From a virus, in the IMG/VR virus record IMGVR_UViG_3300045988_141753: DNA of 64,000 bases; one strand, 5' to 3'. Each line of letters opens with the position of its first letter. The stretch's first letter is position 1. The notes under the pieces are model-generated. The model was given only the letters and a program-made list of their open reading frames with translations, did no database searches and had not been told where the DNA came from. Shown here one piece after another: positions 29,471 to 39,213 of this stretch. The translations under genes and the position numbers were made by a program.

Positions 29471-30253
29471 ATGAACAAAAAGAAAGACGAGACAACAAAA
29501 CAAATAATGCAACTTATAGTTGCTATTTGCGTAATAGTTATTGGTTTTGGAGTTGTAAAAGTTGTTGGTATTAACGAAGATTACAGGTACAATTTTGAAA
29601 GAAACAAAGCCAAAAATTCAACAGTTAATACAATTACTACTACCACAAGCACTATAACTAAAAATACAAAAACTAGATCGGTAGAAAATAAAAAAAATAC
29701 AGTAAAAACAAATACTAAATCTACTACAACCACCAAAGAAACAAGAGCTACAAAGCCGTATAGCCATAAAGTAACCGAAACTACAACGACAGTTACCAAG
29801 TCTGAAGCAGAGCCAGAAATAGAACTTGTTTCTTACGATATTCCAACAGGTGACACTTCATTTCACGGCTATATGAATTATGCTTGTATTACGGACATCA
29901 ATTCTCTGCAATATCAGTTACAACTGAATTGTTGGACGGACAGTCAGGGAATACGCAGACAAGGTGACGATGTTTGTATTGCTTTAGGAAGTTATTACGG
30001 TACAGAAATAGGTACACGCTATCTAATTACAACCGACATGGGTAATTCGTTCACCGCTGTTTTAGCCGATTGTAAAGCTGATATTCATACTGACTATAAT
30101 AATCAGTACCGAGATACAGGCAATGGTTTTAAGAACGTGGTTGAATTTATAGTTGATACATATGCACTTGACCCTGATGTTATGAGCAGTGGCAACATTG
30201 GTACTTATAGCAATTATTCTGGTAATATTGTATCAATTCAAAAAATTAATTAG
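29471..30253 (+). CDS. Membrane-anchored exported protein with Thr-rich linker
   Basis: N-terminal TM LIVAICVIVIGFGVVKVV, a T/K/N-rich low-complexity linker, and a globular C-domain. The C-domain fold was not recognised. Confidence 0.55.
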   Translation: MNKKKDETTKQIMQLIVAICVIVIGFGVVKVVGINEDYRYNFERNKAKNSTVNTITTTTSTITKNTKTRSVENKKNTVKTNTKSTTTTKETRATKPYSHKVTETTTTVTKSEAEPEIELVSYDIPTGDTSFHGYMNYACITDINSLQYQLQLNCWTDSQGIRRQGDDVCIALGSYYGTEIGTRYLITTDMGNSFTAVLADCKADIHTDYNNQYRDTGNGFKNVVEFIVDTYALDPDVMSSGNIGTYSNYSGNIVSIQKIN

Positions 30254-30273
30254 AAAAGAGGTGAATTTAAAAA

Positions 30274-30489
30274 TTGGCATATGACAAGAAAGCAGGAAAA
30301 AGAAAGCGTTTAGCTAGAGAGGAGGAGAACAGACAGCTAAAACGCTACAAGTCAGAGTGTAGAGAATTAGATACATATTTTATGAGTGAGGACGAACTCA
30401 TTCGAGCCAAAGAAAGACAGAAGATAACAAAAGCTAGAAATAAAGCAATTGTACAAAGAGCTTATATGATTGCTATGGCAACAAATTAA
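30274..30489 (+). CDS. hypothetical basic coiled-coil protein
   Basis: TTG start follows AGAGGTG. Highly charged. Confidence 0.4.
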   Translation: MAYDKKAGKRKRLAREEENRQLKRYKSECRELDTYFMSEDELIRAKERQKITKARNKAIVQRAYMIAMATN

Positions 30490-30507
30490 ACAAGCAAGAA
30501 AGGACAG

Positions 30508-30756
30508 ATGAAAATGGTAACGGAGTATACAGCATATAAAATTAGATTTACTACAGTAAAAGAGGTACAGCAGTTTATCAGGATTGCGAATATGGTTGAC
30601 TATAGCATAGACCTAAAGCAGAGCCATTATTGCGTAAATGCAAGTAGTATAGTGGGCATATTTGCACTTGACCTTGAAAACGAGGTAATAATGTTTGTGC
30701 CAACAGAACACGAAAAGAACGCAGAAAAAATGTTCGCAGAATTTATTATAAAGTAA
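30508..30756 (+). CDS. HPr-fold protein lacking the His15 site
   Basis: ...CVNASSIVGIFALDLENEVIMFVPTEHEKNAEKMFAEFI parallels HPr ...[33 protein letters not shown]. No GxHARP motif. Confidence 0.55.
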   Translation: MKMVTEYTAYKIRFTTVKEVQQFIRIANMVDYSIDLKQSHYCVNASSIVGIFALDLENEVIMFVPTEHEKNAEKMFAEFIIK

Positions 30757-30767
30757 AGGAAAAGACA

Positions 30768-31292
30768 ATGAAAGTAACAATACTTGAATATCCAACTAAT
30801 GAAGATTGGATTGCAGTAAAACAAAGAGCCTTAGTGACAGTAGGACTAAAGGCTAAAACACCACCGACAGACGAGTGGAAATATAAAATATTAAAAGCAA
30901 GACATTCACCGATACGCAGACTAAGATTTTCGGTACTGTTTGAAGATATCCCTAATTGGGTAGCGGTACATCTTGTGAGACACATTCACGCACAACCTTA
31001 CGTTAAATCTCAGAGAAACGATAGACAATCTGATTATGATAGGACTAAAGCCCCACAGGACGCTCCTGTAAACATGATATGGGATTTCAATGGCGAAGAA
31101 CTAATGAACATTGCCAATAAGAGATTGTGTAATCAGGCTGCTAAAGAAACAAGAGAAGCTATAAAAGAAATGTGCGATAAAATTATTGAACTTGATGATA
31201 TTTGGAAAGATTTTTTAGTTCCTATGTGTAAGTATGTTGGAGAGTGTAAAGAAATGTTCCCATGTTATTTAAAGGAGAATAAAAATGACTAA
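30768..31292 (+). CDS. ThyX-like (FAD-dependent thymidylate synthase family) protein, divergent
   Basis: VHLVRHIHAQPYVKSQRND resembles the ThyX RHRxxSxxxxSQRY signature. It is shorter than canonical ThyX. It sits in a nucleotide-metabolism cluster. Confidence 0.4.
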   Translation: MKVTILEYPTNEDWIAVKQRALVTVGLKAKTPPTDEWKYKILKARHSPIRRLRFSVLFEDIPNWVAVHLVRHIHAQPYVKSQRNDRQSDYDRTKAPQDAPVNMIWDFNGEELMNIANKRLCNQAAKETREAIKEMCDKIIELDDIWKDFLVPMCKYVGECKEMFPCYLKENKND

Positions 31293-31884
31293 ACCACTAT
31301 TTTGTATTCTTGGAGCTTCGGCAAGTGGTAAATCAACACTTGTAAAAATGCTTGAAAATGAATTTAAGATGAAACAAATACCCTCTTATACAACACGTTC
31401 TCCTAGGTTTAAAGGAGAAGAAGGACACACATTTGTTTCAGAAAAAGAATTTAAGGCACTTAATGACATTGTGGCTTATAACTACTATCTTGGTAATCAT
31501 TATGGAGTAACGGCAAGTCAGATTGACGATGATACATATAATCTTTACGTTGTAGACCAAACAGGGCTTAATGAACTCCGTAAAAAGTACAGGGGTAATA
31601 GAAAGATTTATTCTATCTTTATAGATTGCCTACCGATTACTCGGCATGATCGCCTGTTTAGACGTTATTATAAAATGTATAAGAATATTGATAAAGCATT
31701 TAAAGAAGCTAGAAAACGTTTTGAGCAAGACGAGATAGAATTTAAAAACTGCAAATCATCTGTTGATTACGTTATTAATAATGATGAAAACATAAACACA
31801 GCTTATGAAAATTTAAAAAATTATGTGAAAAGAATTATAGCCAAGCAGGAGGGAGATAATGATACCGAAACTGAACATAATTAA
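31285..31884 (+). CDS. Guanylate-kinase-like (d)NMP kinase
   Basis: P-loop GASASGKST. SYTTRSPRFKGEEGHTFVSEKEF matches the guanylate kinase signature. Confidence 0.7.
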   Translation: MTKPLFCILGASASGKSTLVKMLENEFKMKQIPSYTTRSPRFKGEEGHTFVSEKEFKALNDIVAYNYYLGNHYGVTASQIDDDTYNLYVVDQTGLNELRKKYRGNRKIYSIFIDCLPITRHDRLFRRYYKMYKNIDKAFKEARKRFEQDEIEFKNCKSSVDYVINNDENINTAYENLKNYVKRIIAKQEGDNDTETEHN

Positions 31885-32260
31885 CAGAGAACATTATAAT
31901 AGCATTGTTTACTTATCTCACCCATATGGTGGTAAGCAAGAAAATTTAAGTAAAATAAATGAGTGCCAAAGGTTGTTGACTATAATACACCCTGAGAATT
32001 TGTATCTCAATCCTAGTGCAATGTTTGGCAACCTTTACGATTGTACCACTTATGAGCAAGGGTTGAACATGACCCTGTTGTTACTTGAAGAACTTGCAGA
32101 TGAAATGATTATTTGTTCAAAGGATTGGCAATCCTCTAAAGGCTGTCGCACGGAGGTTTTGTATTGTGACAACAGACATATACCGTATAAAATTTGTACT
32201 TTGGAGCAAATTAGAGATGAATACGAAAAATACAGAAAGGAACATGATAAGAATGGCTAA
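31859..32260 (+). CDS. DUF4406 / nucleoside 2-deoxyribosyltransferase-like protein
   Basis: AGGAGGGAG RBS. VYLSHPYGG... and ...DWQSSKGCRTEV resemble the family pattern AGP...GW..S.G...E. Confidence 0.4.
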   Translation: MIPKLNIINREHYNSIVYLSHPYGGKQENLSKINECQRLLTIIHPENLYLNPSAMFGNLYDCTTYEQGLNMTLLLLEELADEMIICSKDWQSSKGCRTEVLYCDNRHIPYKICTLEQIRDEYEKYRKEHDKNG

Positions 32261-32402
32261 TTTTATTATTGGTGCTTTGGTTGGGCTTGTACTTGGTTTT
32301 CTAATAGCCTATAGAACAGTAACCGAAATGCTTGATGAATTAAACGAGAATGATAAAGAGGAAAATGCCAATGGAACTGAAAGCAAATCTGATAAGACCT
32401 AG
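32244..32402 (+). CDS. small membrane protein
   Basis: ATG 32244 follows AAAGGAA. TM segment FIIGALVGLVLGFLIAY, then an acidic tail. Confidence 0.45.
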   Translation: MIRMANFIIGALVGLVLGFLIAYRTVTEMLDELNENDKEENANGTESKSDKT

Positions 32403-33081
32403 ACCGTGGCGTATTGGTGTGGATTGTGATAATGTCATTAATAATTTAGTAGAGAGCATTATTGATGTTTATAATAAGGACTATAATGACAATTTGTCCG
32501 TTGCCAATATAACTACCTATAATATGAGACAGTTCTTTAAAAATGTATCTCAAGACAAGTTTTATGACTATTTCACGGATAAGAGGGTATGGGACAACAT
32601 AAAAGTGCTTGAAAATTGTGTTGCCACATTGAAGAAATACCATGATTTAGGTTGTGAAATTTACATAGTAACAGCTACAGCCCCACAGAATATTTCTAGT
32701 AAGGCAGCTTGGTTACAAGAACAACTTCCATTTTTAAATATGTATGATAGCCTCATAGCCATAAAGAACAAGCAAATGCTTAGTGGAGATATTGATATTC
32801 TAATTGATGATTGCGTAGACAATTTAGTTGGTGGCTATTATCATAAAATTTTATTTGATTATCCATGGAATAGACTTGGGTTTGAGTCATATGAAAACAA
32901 CGCTCATATGCTACACCAAAGATACCGTTGTAGGAATTGGAACGATATTGATAAGGCAATTAACATGATTATGAAAACTGATATGGGTACAGAAATAGAA
33001 TTAGACTTAAAGCCAGAAAACATAGAGCGTATAGAAAGCGAACAAAAAATAGATTTTGTTTTAAGTGACAACAAGGAGTGA
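32365..33081 (+). CDS. 5'(3')-deoxyribonucleotidase (HAD, NT5C-like)
   Basis: HAD motif I is IGVDCDNVI. ATG 32365 follows AAAGAGGAAA. Confidence 0.6.
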   Translation: MPMELKANLIRPRPWRIGVDCDNVINNLVESIIDVYNKDYNDNLSVANITTYNMRQFFKNVSQDKFYDYFTDKRVWDNIKVLENCVATLKKYHDLGCEIYIVTATAPQNISSKAAWLQEQLPFLNMYDSLIAIKNKQMLSGDIDILIDDCVDNLVGGYYHKILFDYPWNRLGFESYENNAHMLHQRYRCRNWNDIDKAINMIMKTDMGTEIELDLKPENIERIESEQKIDFVLSDNKE

Positions 33082-33085
33082 TAAA

Positions 33086-35159
33086 ATGTGCAAAATAGTA
33101 ATTAAAAGAGATGGAACTAAAGTTAAGTTTGAAAGAGCAAAGATCGGTAAGGCAATTTTGAAAGCGTATAATGAAGTTTATCCTGATACATTGGATATAA
33201 ATGCTGAACTTGCAAGCGACATATGTTGTGATGTGTGCAGAAAGCTTGAAGCCATGGCAGAAATTTCAGTAGAAGATATTCAGGACATAGTTGAAACAAC
33301 GCTTATGGATTATGACAGAAATGTAGCAAAAGCCTATATTACATATAGATATAAACGTAGCCTTGTAAGACAAAGCAATACAACCGATAAAAGTATTCTT
33401 GAATTAATTGATGGTGTAAATGATTATTGGAATAACGAAAATTCAAATAAAAATGCAACACTCGCCACAACACAAAGAGATTACCTTGCAGGAATTACAA
33501 GTACGGATATTTCACAAAGATTTCTATTGCCATCAGATGTAGTTGAAGCACATAAGCAAGGCATTGTCCATTTCCATGATATGGACTATTTCGCAGAACA
33601 TATAAGTAATTGTTGTCTTGTAAATCTTGAAGATATGTTGCAGAATGGTACAATGATTAATAAAGTCAAGATTGAAAAGCCACATAGACTTATTACGGCA
33701 ACTACGATTGCAACGCAAATTATTACTGCTGTAGCAAGTTCTCAATATGGTGGTACAAGTATTACACTTACACATTTAGCCCCTTTCGTTAGAGATAGCT
33801 ATATTTATCATCTAAATAAATATAAAGATCGTGGACTAGACTATGATAAATCTGTAGAATTTGCAAGACTTGATACAAAAAAAGAAATTGAAGATAGTGT
33901 TCAAACTTTTAATTATCAAATTAACAGTATGTCAACCACTAATGGGCAAACACCATTTTTAACTGTATTCATGTACCTTGGTGAAACAAATGAATACAAA
34001 GAAGAATTGGCAGCTTTAATTAAGGAATTTATTAAGCAACGTATTCTTGGCTTGAAAAATGAAAATGGTGTTTATGTTACACCTGCTTTTCCTAAACTTA
34101 TTTACGTTCTTGAAGAGGACAATATAAGAAAAGGCTCAAAATATTGGGACATTACTATTGAAGCCGCAAAGTGTACTGCTAAAAGATTAGTGCCAGATTA
34201 CATAAGTGAAAAGAAAATGAAGGAACTAAAAGAGGGTAATTGCTTCCCATCAATGGGGTGCAGAAGCTTTTTAGCTCCATACAAAGATGAAAATGATAAT
34301 TACAAATTCTATGGTAGATTTAATCAGGGCGTTGTTACGATAAACCTTGTTGATGTTGCCCTATCATCAAATAGAGATGTAAATAAATTTTGGCAGCTAT
34401 TTGAAGAAAGAACAGAATTGTGTCACAAGGCTTTACGTTGCAGGCATGAAAGACTCAAAGGAACTTTATCAGATGTTGCACCAATTCTGTGGCAAGATGG
34501 TGCGTTTACTAGACTAAAGAAAGGCGAAAAAATAGATAAATATCTTTATGGTGGTTATTCATCTATTTCACTTGGTTATGCAGGTCTTTATGAATGTGTA
34601 AAATACATGACAGGTCATAGTCATACAGACAACAGTGTGGGTGAAAAATTTGGTCTCGAAGTAATGGAAAGACTTAATAAAAAATGCGAACAATGGAAAA
34701 GTGCAGAAAATATTGGCTATTCATTATATGGCAGCCCAATAGAATCCACAACATACAAATTTGCAAAATGTCTTAAAAAACGTTTTGGTATTATTGAGGG
34801 TATTACAGATAGAGATTATATAACAAATTCTTATCACGTTCCTGTTTTTGAAAAAATCAACCCATTTAAGAAATTGGCTATTGAAAGTAAATTTCAATCA
34901 CTAAGTCTAGGCGGTGCGATCAGTTATGTAGAATGTGCTGATTTGCAAAATAATATTCCTGCTATTCTTGAAGTAATTAAGTTTATTTATGACAACATTA
35001 TGTATGCCGAACTTAATACAAAAAGCGATTATTGTCAAGTATGCGGATATGACGGAGAAATCAAAATCATTGATAACAATAATAAGCTGATTTGGGAGTG
35101 TCCTAATTGTGGCAATAGAGATACAAATAAAATGAATGTTGCTAGGCGTACTTGTGGAT
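33086..35159 (+). CDS. nrdD: Anaerobic ribonucleoside-triphosphate reductase, exon 1
   Basis: AAGGAG RBS. ATP-cone N-terminus, C-terminal zinc ribbon CQVCG...CPNCG, and ...ARRTCG. The frame stops 2 codons after the Gly that precedes the glycyl-radical Tyr. Confidence 0.85.
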
Positions 35160-35508
35160 TGACTTAACAATATAGTCCACGTTAAATAGGTTAAACTGCG
35201 GAGAACTCCCCATAATCCTAATTCACCACAACGGAATTGGAAACGATAAACGTGACGGTGGTGCGAATTTAAAATTCAATAGTCCGACAGGATAGAAACC
35301 ATAAAAAGTAATTAGGGTAGGGACAATCGAGTGTGCAAGTCACTCAAACGCATCGAAGCTCCTTAACACATAATGGTGAAGGAGAACGTTCAACGACTAT
35401 AATACCTATTGATAATATTAAATTGTTTATAATAAAACGAATAATAATATTGTTAAATTGTATAGTCTACTCCCCTCATAAATATCGGGAAACCGAGGGT
35501 AAAAAAGG
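35160..35508 (+). mobile_element. Group I intron in nrdD (ORF-less)
   Basis: The exon ends in T and the intron ends in G. AACGACTAT (35392-35400) pairs with ATAGTCT (35462-35468). Removal restores RTCG|YIGS. Confidence 0.85.
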
Positions 35509-35597
35509 ATATTGGTAGCAATTTTTGGAATCAAGGCAGAACTCAAGAAATTAAACAGAGGTATGTTCACCTTGATAACCATAATATAGGAGAATAA
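35509..35597 (+). CDS. nrdD: Anaerobic ribonucleotide reductase, exon 2 (C-terminal 29 codons)
   Basis: Encodes (Y)IGSNFWNQGRTQEIKQRYVHLDNHNIGE*, completing the RxCGY glycyl-radical motif. The stop is 3 nt before the nrdG ATG. Confidence 0.8.
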
Positions 35598-35600
35598 ACA

Positions 35601-36092
35601 ATGAGATATGCTAGTATAAGACAAATGGATATTAGCAATGGAGAAGGCATTGGGGTCGCTTTGTTTGTACAAGGCTGTCATTTTCACTGTTTTAATTGCT
35701 TTAATCCTAGCACTTGGGACTTTAATGGTGGCAAAGAGTTTGACTTATATGAATACGATACTCTCATAAAAGCCGTTAAACAACCTTTCATACAGCGTGT
35801 ATCATTTCTTGGTGGAGAACCACTTTGCCCTGAAAATCGTGCATATGTAACAAACATATCTAATATGATAACAGCACTTTGTCCTACAAAAACACAATGG
35901 TTGTACACAGGATATAAGTGGGAAGAAATTAAAGACTTGCCTATTATGAAATATCTTGATGTAGTCATTGACGGTCAATACGAAGATGACAAACGTGACA
36001 TAACATTAAAATGGCGAGGGTCAAGCAATCAGAGGGTCATTGATGTGCAAGAAAGCCTAAAGCAAAACAAAGTAGTATTGTGGTGCGATTAA
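35601..36092 (+). CDS. nrdG: Anaerobic RNR activating protein (radical SAM)
   Basis: GCHFHCFNCFN (Cx3Cx2C). Directly downstream of nrdD. Confidence 0.85.
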   Translation: MRYASIRQMDISNGEGIGVALFVQGCHFHCFNCFNPSTWDFNGGKEFDLYEYDTLIKAVKQPFIQRVSFLGGEPLCPENRAYVTNISNMITALCPTKTQWLYTGYKWEEIKDLPIMKYLDVVIDGQYEDDKRDITLKWRGSSNQRVIDVQESLKQNKVVLWCD

Positions 36093-36262
36093 CCACACAA
36101 AACAAAAATAAAAGGGTTTACATATAAGCAAACCCTTTGACATCAAATAAGTCATTAGCCACCATAGAAATTATAATGTGTTCAATATTATGTTTCTGAA
36201 TGGTGGCGACTAATGACTCTATTAATTATAACATAAAGCAAAAGAAAAGTAAAGGAGATAAA

Positions 36263-36790
36263 ATGATAACAACAGTAAAATTTGCAAAGACAAAACCAAA
36301 CGCAATTATACCAACCAAAAGACTAGAAGATGCAGGCTATGACGTTTATCCTTGTTTTGATGAAGATTACATAATAATAAAACCACATACTACGGTTATA
36401 ATACCGACAGGCATAGCTTCAGCTTGTGATACAGATTACTGTTTCGTATTGCACGAGAGAAGTTCAACAGGCACTAAGGGCATGGCACAGAGGTGTGGAA
36501 TAATCGACAGTGGCTATCGTGGTGAGTGGGGTGTTCCAATTACTAATACAAATGACGTACCGATAGTTATTTGCAAGAAAGAGTCTATTACTGACTTTAA
36601 CGATTTTGCTAGTATTTTGTTATTCTCATATGGAGAAGCTAATTACATTTTATACCCATATGAAAAAGCCATTTGTCAGGCTCTTGTACTTCCTGTTCCA
36701 GAAGTTGAGATAGAAGAATATACATACGAGGAGCTTAAAGCCATTCCGTCAGAAAGGGGTACAGGTCGCCTTGGTAGTAGTGGGAAGTAA
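36263..36790 (+). CDS. dut: Trimeric dUTPase with an extra insertion
   Basis: ATG 36263 follows AAAGGAG. Motifs AGYDVY, ERSSTG, GIIDSGYRGEW and RGTGRLGSSGK. About 22 extra residues lie between motifs III and IV. Confidence 0.85.
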   Translation: MITTVKFAKTKPNAIIPTKRLEDAGYDVYPCFDEDYIIIKPHTTVIIPTGIASACDTDYCFVLHERSSTGTKGMAQRCGIIDSGYRGEWGVPITNTNDVPIVICKKESITDFNDFASILLFSYGEANYILYPYEKAICQALVLPVPEVEIEEYTYEELKAIPSERGTGRLGSSGK

Positions 36791-36794
36791 GATT

Positions 36795-36950
36795 ATGAAT
36801 AAAAAAATGAAAAAAAGCAAAACAGCTTTGGTAACAAAAGGTAAAAAGAAAATACCAATAAATATCATTATACATAATCCAAACAACATGGATAAATTCA
36901 ATGATTATTATTCATCTGTTATTATTGATACGATAAAAAAAATAGCATAA
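36795..36950 (+). CDS. small basic protein (51 aa, below ORF-track cutoff)
   Basis: ATG 36795, MNKKMKKSKTALVTKGKKK... It ends just before the strong terminator. No clear RBS. Confidence 0.3.
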   Translation: MNKKMKKSKTALVTKGKKKIPINIIIHNPNNMDKFNDYYSSVIIDTIKKIA

Positions 36951-36954
36951 ATAT

Positions 36955-37000
36955 AAAGGTGTCCGACAATGGCAAATATTGTCGGACACCTTTATATTTA
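36955..37000 (+). terminator. Rho-independent terminator ending the rightward operon
   Basis: 16-bp stem aaaggtgtccgacaat / attgtcggacaccttt, followed by a T-rich tract. Confidence 0.8.
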
Positions 37001-37029
37001 TTGACTTTTTTCAGAAAATATGCTATAAT
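37001..37029 (+). promoter_or_regulatory. Consensus promoter for the recombinase gene
   Basis: TTGACT, a 17-nt spacer, then TATAAT with a TGc extended -10. Confidence 0.7.
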
Positions 37030-37060
37030 GAAAGACTATCTACAAAAAGGAGACATATAA

Positions 37061-38686
37061 ATGAGAATAGCAATATATTCAAGAAAATCAAAATTTACAG
37101 GCAAAGGTGAAAGTATTGGAAATCAAGTTGAAATGTGTCGAGATTATATCGCTACAAATTATAATGGCGAAGAACATTCCATACAAGTATTTGAAGATGA
37201 AGGCTTTAGCGGTAAAAATCTTGACCGACCACAATTTAAAAAAATGATAGAAATAGAAAATGTCATACCATTTGATTTAATAGTTGTGTATAGATTAGAC
37301 AGAATTAGCCGTAATGTAGGCGACTTTGCTTCTTTAATTGAAAAGCTAAATAAAAAGAATACGTCATTTGTATGCGTAAAAGAACATTTTGATACAGGTA
37401 ACTCTATGGGACGTGCAATGATGAACATAGCTGCGGTTTTTGCACAGTTAGAAAGAGAAACTATAGCAGAGCGTATTAAAGATAATATGTATCTTTTGGC
37501 AAAAGAAGGTCATTGGCTCGGAGGAACGACACCATTAGGCTATAAATCCATTGAAGTTACAAATGGTAAAAGGACACATTTTGAACTTATCATTGATGAA
37601 AGTCAAATAGATTTGGTAAATATAATTTTCAGTAAATATAAACAGCTTGGTAGCATTAACGGAGTAGAAACATATTTGTTTGTGAATGGTTATAAAACTC
37701 AAAAAAATAACTATTGGCATAAATCTAATGTAAAACGCATTTTAACCAATCCAATCTACTGCATTGCGGATATTGATAGCCTAAATTATTTCACTGAGTT
37801 AGGCTGTAATGTTTGTTTCACACTTGACGATTGCAATGGCAAGAAAGGCATTTATCCGTATAATAGGTTTTCAGGACAAAAAAGAGAAATGCAATCATAT
37901 GATCGATGGATTATTACTATATCAGAACACCAAGGAATTTTGGCAGGCAAAGAATGGGTGGCTATTCAGCAACAATTAAAGGCAAATTCAAAAGATGGTT
38001 TCGGTGGGAAAGCAAACGAAAGACGTTCCACTAGCAATACTTCACTTTTATCGGGTGTACTGTTCTGTTCATGCGGAGCTTATATGCGACCAAAAAAATA
38101 TCCATCAGGAAATACCTTTTATATTTGTGAAAACAAAATGGATAAAAAAATAACTGAGTGCAATAATTCTAACATCAATGCAGACGAATTAGATAAAATA
38201 GTTTTAAACGAGTTATTTTCTTTCGATATAAAAGACGGAGTTGTTGATTCACAAATTCAAAATTTAAAAGAACAAATTATAAATATTGACAATGATTTGC
38301 AGAAACAAATTGGACGTTTAAAAAAGCAAATAGAAGCCAATAAGAACACGGTGAATAAATTTATGAATATCGTGGCTCTATCTATTGAAAATGATACGCC
38401 AGAACAAGTGGTTGAAGTTTACAATCAGAAAATAAATGAGTTATTAAATCAAAATAAAATAACTCAAAAAAGAATTGACGAGTTGCAAGATACCAATATT
38501 GTTCAAGCAAAGATGAATGATAGGTTAAACAGCTTAACAGATGCTATGGCATATCTTAAAGAAAATTTTGACAAATTAACTATTGTAGAAAAAAGAGGGT
38601 TTGTTAAAAAGATAGTTGATAGGATAGTTTGGGACGGCAATAATATCAATATTTTTATTAAAGGTATTTCAGAATTATCAGAATAA
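37061..38686 (+). CDS. Large serine recombinase (integrase)
   Basis: N-terminal resolvase domain IAIYSRKSKF...VYRLDRISR, a recombinase domain, a Cys cluster (CSCG...C...C) and a C-terminal coiled coil. Confidence 0.85.
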   Translation: MRIAIYSRKSKFTGKGESIGNQVEMCRDYIATNYNGEEHSIQVFEDEGFSGKNLDRPQFKKMIEIENVIPFDLIVVYRLDRISRNVGDFASLIEKLNKKNTSFVCVKEHFDTGNSMGRAMMNIAAVFAQLERETIAERIKDNMYLLAKEGHWLGGTTPLGYKSIEVTNGKRTHFELIIDESQIDLVNIIFSKYKQLGSINGVETYLFVNGYKTQKNNYWHKSNVKRILTNPIYCIADIDSLNYFTELGCNVCFTLDDCNGKKGIYPYNRFSGQKREMQSYDRWIITISEHQGILAGKEWVAIQQQLKANSKDGFGGKANERRSTSNTSLLSGVLFCSCGAYMRPKKYPSGNTFYICENKMDKKITECNNSNINADELDKIVLNELFSFDIKDGVVDSQIQNLKEQIINIDNDLQKQIGRLKKQIEANKNTVNKFMNIVALSIENDTPEQVVEVYNQKINELLNQNKITQKRIDELQDTNIVQAKMNDRLNSLTDAMAYLKENFDKLTIVEKRGFVKKIVDRIVWDGNNINIFIKGISELSE

Positions 38687-38720
38687 GCCAATTGAAATAC
38701 CTAAGAAAATCATTTCCGTC

Positions 38721-39134
38721 ATGTGTCAACAGCAGTTGCAGTTGAAGAATCGTGGAAACGATAATCACAGGCTTGTTACCCGCATCGCAAAAGCAAGGAT
38801 AAATAATGGTTTATCTATAACTGAAATATGTAAACTAACAGGATTGAGTTATGATAATTACATCAAGTATGAACGTGACGAAGTAAAGGATCAATATAAA
38901 AACTTTGATACTTTGAAAAAAATATCTGATGTACTAAACATAAATCTTATGAATGATTATTTGTCCTTTAAAACACACTCAAAGGAAAAAGTTTGCTCCT
39001 ATATGGAATTGCACAATCTATCTATACGCAAATTGGCTAAGATATGCAATGTTAGTATTACAACAATAAAAAACTGGCGTAATGGAAAGTGTTCTCCCTC
39101 CTATGAGATGTGGCAGAGAATATTTAAACAATAG
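38721..39134 (+). CDS. Tandem HTH (XRE-like) DNA-binding protein
   Basis: Two HTH segments: LSITEICKLTGLSYDNYIKYE and LSIRKLAKICNVSITTIKNW. No good RBS at the ATG, so the start is uncertain. Confidence 0.55.
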   Translation: MCQQQLQLKNRGNDNHRLVTRIAKARINNGLSITEICKLTGLSYDNYIKYERDEVKDQYKNFDTLKKISDVLNINLMNDYLSFKTHSKEKVCSYMELHNLSIRKLAKICNVSITTIKNWRNGKCSPSYEMWQRIFKQ

Positions 39135-39157
39135 ACTTTACAATTTGTAAAAAAATG

Positions 39158-39200
39158 AAAGCAGGGTATTATTTTAATGCCCTGCTTTTTGTTTCATTTT
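39158..39200 (+). terminator. Rho-independent terminator after the HTH gene
   Basis: aaagcagggtatt / aatgccctgcttt stem, followed by ttgtttcatttttt. Confidence 0.7.
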
Positions 39201-39213
39201 TTCTATTTTTAGC

